Shown here piece after piece: positions 59,397-64,000 of a stretch of DNA of 64,000 nt. The notes below the pieces were generated by a model. That model ran no database searches and was not told where the DNA came from. It was given only the letters and a program-made list of their open reading frames with translations. The position numbers were made by a program, and so were the translations under genes. The stretch lies in NCBI GenBank assembly GCA_019058295.1, contig JAHPZI010000010.1:37478-101477 (forward strand). The letters are read 5' to 3'. The number at the start of each line of letters is the position of its first letter. Positions within the stretch are counted from its first letter, which is position 1. Source of the stretch: Promethearchaeota archaeon (GTDB lineage Archaea; Asgardarchaeota; Lokiarchaeia; Sigyniarchaeales; SOKP01).

Positions 59397-60752
59397 ATGA
59401 TTGAAAAAGATGATCCTAATCGCTGGAAAATATGCGATAAAGTTATTGAAACCGTAAAAGAACAAGATATTAAATTTATCTACCTACAATTTACAGATAT
59501 ACATGGTATTGTCAAATCTTTTGAAATTAACGCTAAAAGAGTAGAAGATTTTTTACAAGATGGTGAGAATTTTGATGGTAGTTCTATTACGGGTTATGGT
59601 GCGATAGAAGAATCAGATAAAGTAGCGATTCCTGATCCTAGTACTTTTTGTATAATTCCATGGAGGAAACAAAAGAATGTTGCTAGATTTTTTAGTGACA
59701 TATATAATCCTGATGGTTCTCGTTATGAGGGAGATCCAAGATATATTCTTCAAAAAGCTGTAAAAAAGGCAAAACAACATGGGTATGAATATTTTTGTGC
59801 TCCTGAATTAGAATTTTTTATTTTAGAAAAAGATACAACAGAAAAGGCATTTAGTCCCTCAGACCTAAGAGGGTATTTTGACTATGATCCTTATGATATA
59901 AATGAACGGATGAGATTTACGTTTGCTGAATATTGCGATGCTATGGGTATCGAGATAGAAGTGCTACACCACGAAGTTGCTCTTGGACAACACGAGATAG
60001 ATTTTAAATATGGCCCCGCAGTAGAAACCGCTGATAATACTAATACAATAAAAATGATTGTAAAGACTGTAGCAGCTCAGAACAGCATGACTGCAACCTT
60101 TATGCCAAAACCATTTATGGGAATAAATGGTTCAGGAATGCATGTTCACCAATCTCTTTGGAAGGATGGTACAAATGTATTTTACGATGATTCTGATAAA
60201 AATTATATCTCTCTTATAATGAAAAAATGGATTGCAGGGCAATTAAACCATGCAAGAGCAATGTGTGCCGTTTTAAGTAGCTGGCCTAATTCATATAAAA
60301 GATTAGTGCCTGGATTTGAAGCCCCAGTTTATGTTGCATGGGGTTTTAGAAATAGATCTCCATTAATCCGAGTTCCAAATTTTGGAGGAAAATCAAATGC
60401 GGCGAGATGCGAAGTCAGATGTCCGGATCCAGCAGGAAATCCATACCTACAATTTGCTGTTCTTTTAGCAACAGGTTTAGATGGAATATTATCTGAAGAT
60501 ATTGAAATTCCAGAACCCACTGACCTTAATGTTTATCACTTATCAACGAAAGAGTTGTTAAAATCAGGAATTATTTCATTACCAGGAAGTCTTAGTGAAG
60601 CTCTTAAGGAGTTTCAGTCATCCGAATTCATGAAAGAAGTATTCGGTGAAGATCCATTTAAAAATTTCTTATACGCCAAACTGGAAGAAAATGACGCATT
60701 TCGCGTTGTAGTAAGCGACTGGGAACGTGATAGATATATAAATAGACTTTAA
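59397..60752 (+). CDS. glnA: Glutamine synthetase type I (second copy, no insertion)
   Basis: FDGSSITGY...ESD, APELEF, HHEVALGQHEI, ATFMPKP..GINGSGMH, NSYKRLVPGFEAP, RCEVR.PDP. Confidence 0.92.
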   Translation: MIEKDDPNRWKICDKVIETVKEQDIKFIYLQFTDIHGIVKSFEINAKRVEDFLQDGENFDGSSITGYGAIEESDKVAIPDPSTFCIIPWRKQKNVARFFSDIYNPDGSRYEGDPRYILQKAVKKAKQHGYEYFCAPELEFFILEKDTTEKAFSPSDLRGYFDYDPYDINERMRFTFAEYCDAMGIEIEVLHHEVALGQHEIDFKYGPAVETADNTNTIKMIVKTVAAQNSMTATFMPKPFMGINGSGMHVHQSLWKDGTNVFYDDSDKNYISLIMKKWIAGQLNHARAMCAVLSSWPNSYKRLVPGFEAPVYVAWGFRNRSPLIRVPNFGGKSNAARCEVRCPDPAGNPYLQFAVLLATGLDGILSEDIEIPEPTDLNVYHLSTKELLKSGIISLPGSLSEALKEFQSSEFMKEVFGEDPFKNFLYAKLEENDAFRVVVSDWERDRYINRL

Positions 60753-60800
60753 TTTTTTTTTTATTTATTATTAAGAAAGTTTTCGCTTCTAATCTTGAAC

Positions 60801-62321
60801 TTATCTGGATTTTGCTATAGAGTTTTCAATTTCAGCTAAGTTTTCTATTGCTTTTAGGGGATAATTTCCCGTTAAGCATGCCAAACATAGCTGGTCTTCT
60901 CTCAAGCCAATTGCCTGTACTAAATCATTCACATTTTGGTAAATTAATGTATCAGCACAAATTTTTCTTCTAATTTCTTCAATATAATTCTGTCCAAATA
61001 GCTTCTGAGCTCTCCCAGCTATGAGTTCATCTCTAGTAGGAAAATCAATTCCCATATAACATGCGCTTATAATAGGAGGACAACTAATCCTCAAATGGAC
61101 AGCTTTAGCGCCACCTTTTTCTTTTAGTAATTTAACTATTTGACTGGTTGTTGTCCCTCTAACAATCGAATCATCAATCAGAATTACATCTTTTCCCTTC
61201 ACGACACTTCTTACTGGATTAAGCTTTTCTTTAACAATAGCTTTTCGACGATCTGCTCCGGGAGTTATGAAACTACGCCAAAGGTAGCGATTTTTCATTA
61301 ATCCTTCCACGTAAGGCAACCCCGCTGCATGGGCATAACCTACAGAAGCACTACGACCTGCGTCAGGTACAGGTACAACTATAGCATTTTCTTTAAACTT
61401 AGGATCTTGTAGATATGGATCTGCTTTTGCTAAATTTTCACCTAATTTCATTCTTGCTTCAGCCACAGAAACTCCATCAATGACAGAATCTGGGCGAGCG
61501 AAGTATACAAATTCGAATTGACATAGAGCACCTCTATCTGCTTTCAAAATTATCTCAGAATGAATATCATCTTGAAAACTTAAACGAACTATTTCTCCTG
61601 GCTTAACATCTCTTAGGAAAAGTCCACCAACCGCATCAATAGCACATGATTCTGAAGCAACGTAATACAGATTTCTTTCTTCTGTTATTAATTCACCGAT
61701 ACATAAAGGTTTAAAACCAAGCGGATCTCGCATCGCGTAAATATCACCTTCCGGAGTTAATAGAATTAAAGCATAGGAGCCTTCAAGATAATTACTTGCT
61801 CTTTTTAAAACTTCTACCCAGTCTTCAGTTTCTAGAGCAATAGATGCTATTAATTGAACAATAACCTCTGTATCTGTATTAGTAACGAATACTCTACCCA
61901 TCTCGTTCAATTTTTGTTTAATTTTATCATAAACAGGTATAGTTCCATTGAAAGCCAGAGAAAATTCAAGCACATTATTCTTAAAATGATATGGTTGCAT
62001 ATAGTCGGGTGAAGAAAATTCCGATGATCCCGTCGTTGCGTATCGATTGTGTCCAATTCCTATATTACCCCAAAAATGAGAGCGTACTTTTTCATTTAGG
62101 ACTTTAGAAACTAAACCCCTCTTTTTATATGTAAAAATTTTACCCCCCGTTTGAATTATTGAGATCCCAGATGATTCTTGACCTCGATGTTGTAAAGCCA
62201 TTAGCCCTTTATATAATTCTTGAGAAACTGAATAGCCGGTATCATCACATATAACCCCGAAGACAGCACAGTATTCTATAGGTTTATCTCTCACTATTAG
62301 GTTCTCTTTTTTAAAAAGCAT
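60801..62321 (-). CDS. purF: Amidophosphoribosyltransferase
   Basis: Propeptide then CAVFG; LQHRGQES, GHNRYAT, CQFEFVYFARPDS, DDSIVRGTT, CLACLTG. Confidence 0.96.
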   Translation of the reverse strand: MLFKKENLIVRDKPIEYCAVFGVICDDTGYSVSQELYKGLMALQHRGQESSGISIIQTGGKIFTYKKRGLVSKVLNEKVRSHFWGNIGIGHNRYATTGSSEFSSPDYMQPYHFKNNVLEFSLAFNGTIPVYDKIKQKLNEMGRVFVTNTDTEVIVQLIASIALETEDWVEVLKRASNYLEGSYALILLTPEGDIYAMRDPLGFKPLCIGELITEERNLYYVASESCAIDAVGGLFLRDVKPGEIVRLSFQDDIHSEIILKADRGALCQFEFVYFARPDSVIDGVSVAEARMKLGENLAKADPYLQDPKFKENAIVVPVPDAGRSASVGYAHAAGLPYVEGLMKNRYLWRSFITPGADRRKAIVKEKLNPVRSVVKGKDVILIDDSIVRGTTTSQIVKLLKEKGGAKAVHLRISCPPIISACYMGIDFPTRDELIAGRAQKLFGQNYIEEIRRKICADTLIYQNVNDLVQAIGLREDQLCLACLTGNYPLKAIENLAEIENSIAKSR

Positions 62322-62546
62322 GATATTTTATTTGATTATTAGAGAGATTTTAATTATCACAAAACAATTTCAATTAAAGTATATTCTTCTTAATTTATAA
62401 TTATTTTTATAACAAATTATTAATAGGCTTATAAAAAACACTATTGAAAGATTTAGATATATTAGTTATATTAAGGAAAAATATCTTATTTTCCTAGAAC
62501 TTATTTAGAATCAATGATAAGATTCAAGGGATTTCTGAACCTTAAT

Positions 62547-63851
62547 TTAATATTTTTGTCCCCTTGGATGAGGAATTTTTCCTTTAAGAAGAGGATCATT
62601 TGTTCGTTCCATCCAGTCATTAAGTTTCGTTCGCATTTCACTAACGGTTTTATAATAAGCTGGATCGCTAATTAAATTAGTCAGCTCATTTGGATCATTT
62701 TCAAGATCATACAATTCTTCTTCAGCTCTTGGAATTTCGAATGTATCCTTCATTCGTTTTTGAATAAACCTCCCTATACGTGTACTTAATGAAATATCAA
62801 GAGGGAGTAAATATTGAGTCTCAATTTTTTCATAATTTTTAATATATTTAAATTTCTCAGTTCTGATAGCTCGTATTGGATCATATTTATCATGCCATGA
62901 TTTCTCAGTAAATATCTTCTTTCTAAAGGTGGTCTTTTTTCCCTTCAAAACTAGAAGAAAGCTCCTACCTTCAATATTTTTAGGAATTTCAGATCCTATA
63001 TGCTCAAGAATTGTAGGGAGTAAGTCAATATTACTTACCATACAATCAAAAACTCGCCCCTGATTAAATAAATTTGATGATGTTTGAGACATTATAAGAG
63101 CAGTTTTTATTCCAGGATCAGACATCGTACATTTAGCACGAGGTAGAGCAATTCCATGATCAGTTGTAAAAATAAATAGAGTCTCTTCCAACAAACCATT
63201 AGATTCTAAACTCTTGATTATTTTGCCAATCATCTCATCTACAGTATGTACAGCACCATAAAGTTCTGATAAATCTTTTCGAGATTTTGAATTATCGATC
63301 AAAAAAGGAGGAATTTTTACTGTATTTGGATCGACTGGAACACCTAAATTTTTAAAAGGAATATGAACCTCAAATGTCCCTATACAAACATAGAAAGGCA
63401 TATCGTCATCTTTATGTTCAGAAAAGAAATTTATGATTTCTTCTTCCATGTTATTGCAAAGGTAATTAAAATCAGCATCAGTTTTGCTTCTAGTATCATA
63501 ACCTAAAGTAGCACGCCTCTTACTTTCATGTTGAAGACCAATTAAATGAGTTGTATATCCATTCTCTTTTAAATACATTGCTAGAGTTTTATTATGCTTA
63601 GGTAATGTCCAACCACGATTAACAAGTCCCATTAACCCATTCTGATGAGGATATAAAGAAGTTTGTATACTGCCTCGACTGGGACTACATTGAGGTGCTG
63701 TACAAAAATGATTTGTAAATCTAACACCATTTTCAGCTAAGCGATTTAAATTCGGTGTTTTAAGAGAATTGGGCATCTGGTAAGAATTATAACATCCAAT
63801 AAGTTGACCTTGATCATGCGTAATAAATAGTATAATATTTGGTTTTTTCAT
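62547..63851 (-). CDS. Sulfatase (formylglycine-dependent, SGSH-like)
   Basis: KPNIILFITHD, CSPSR (CxPxR), FTTDHG, ELYDL..DP.E..NL. Confidence 0.92.
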   Translation of the reverse strand: MKKPNIILFITHDQGQLIGCYNSYQMPNSLKTPNLNRLAENGVRFTNHFCTAPQCSPSRGSIQTSLYPHQNGLMGLVNRGWTLPKHNKTLAMYLKENGYTTHLIGLQHESKRRATLGYDTRSKTDADFNYLCNNMEEEIINFFSEHKDDDMPFYVCIGTFEVHIPFKNLGVPVDPNTVKIPPFLIDNSKSRKDLSELYGAVHTVDEMIGKIIKSLESNGLLEETLFIFTTDHGIALPRAKCTMSDPGIKTALIMSQTSSNLFNQGRVFDCMVSNIDLLPTILEHIGSEIPKNIEGRSFLLVLKGKKTTFRKKIFTEKSWHDKYDPIRAIRTEKFKYIKNYEKIETQYLLPLDISLSTRIGRFIQKRMKDTFEIPRAEEELYDLENDPNELTNLISDPAYYKTVSEMRTKLNDWMERTNDPLLKGKIPHPRGQKY

Positions 63852-64000
63852 CTTAATAGTTATTAAAATTAAGTTTTTTTCTATTTACACTCATCAAATC
63901 AAAATTTTAAAAAAAAATAATAATAATTACTTAAAATAGTTCAATTATAAATATTTATAAAACTATCCCTATGTGACCATAATGATCACATTTAAATATG

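Noticed and set aside
252-60520. Short ORFs antisense to or nested in long genes (e.g. 252-467, 8914-9219, 11700-12131, 24452-24739, 26890-27375, 31333-31635, 35823-36119, 60329-60520)
   Set aside because: They lie opposite or within well-supported CDSs and show no motifs; these are shadow ORFs.
1-64000. CRISPR arrays, tRNA/rRNA genes, IS elements, integrases
   Set aside because: No regularly spaced repeats, GC-rich structural RNA blocks, transposase ORFs or terminal inverted repeats were seen by eye; a covariance-model scan would be needed to exclude small RNAs.

Overview
AT-rich (~30% GC by eye), gene-dense archaeal chromosomal segment, most consistent with Asgard archaea (Lokiarchaeia). 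Supporting features are a longin-like-domain Arf/Rag-type small GTPase, a second longin-like protein, a Pro/Asp-linker-TM-RKRR surface-protein tail and a geranylgeranyl-reductase paralogue. No rRNA, tRNA, CRISPR or transposase was recognised. The left part (1-39 kb) is mixed housekeeping, transport and carbohydrate genes: two nucleotide-sugar dehydrogenases, GH38 mannosidase, argF, an ABC exporter pair, Pit/DUF47, nfnAB-gdhA, ppa, corA and two MscS. It also holds a corrinoid methyl-transfer locus (SAM methyltransferase, HgcAB-like corrinoid/ferredoxin fusion, ICMT/PEMT-like protein), a stand-alone Not4-type C4C4 RING protein and an unannotated 54-codon ORF with an in-frame UGA in a CxxU motif followed by a hairpin. 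The right part (39.6-62.3 kb) is a glutamine-centred nitrogen supercluster: two glnA, split glutamate synthase headed by an HdrB-HdrC fusion, a second FMN-GltB, amtB-glnK, and the glutamine-consuming enzymes guaA, asnB, nadE, purF and a class I GATase, with Lrp and RHH regulators. Its promoters share two repeated motifs (AATATAACT, and TTATGAA at 10-bp spacing). Three genes appear to need non-canonical starts (CTG, ATA, ACG). All family assignments come from motif recognition; no searches were run.
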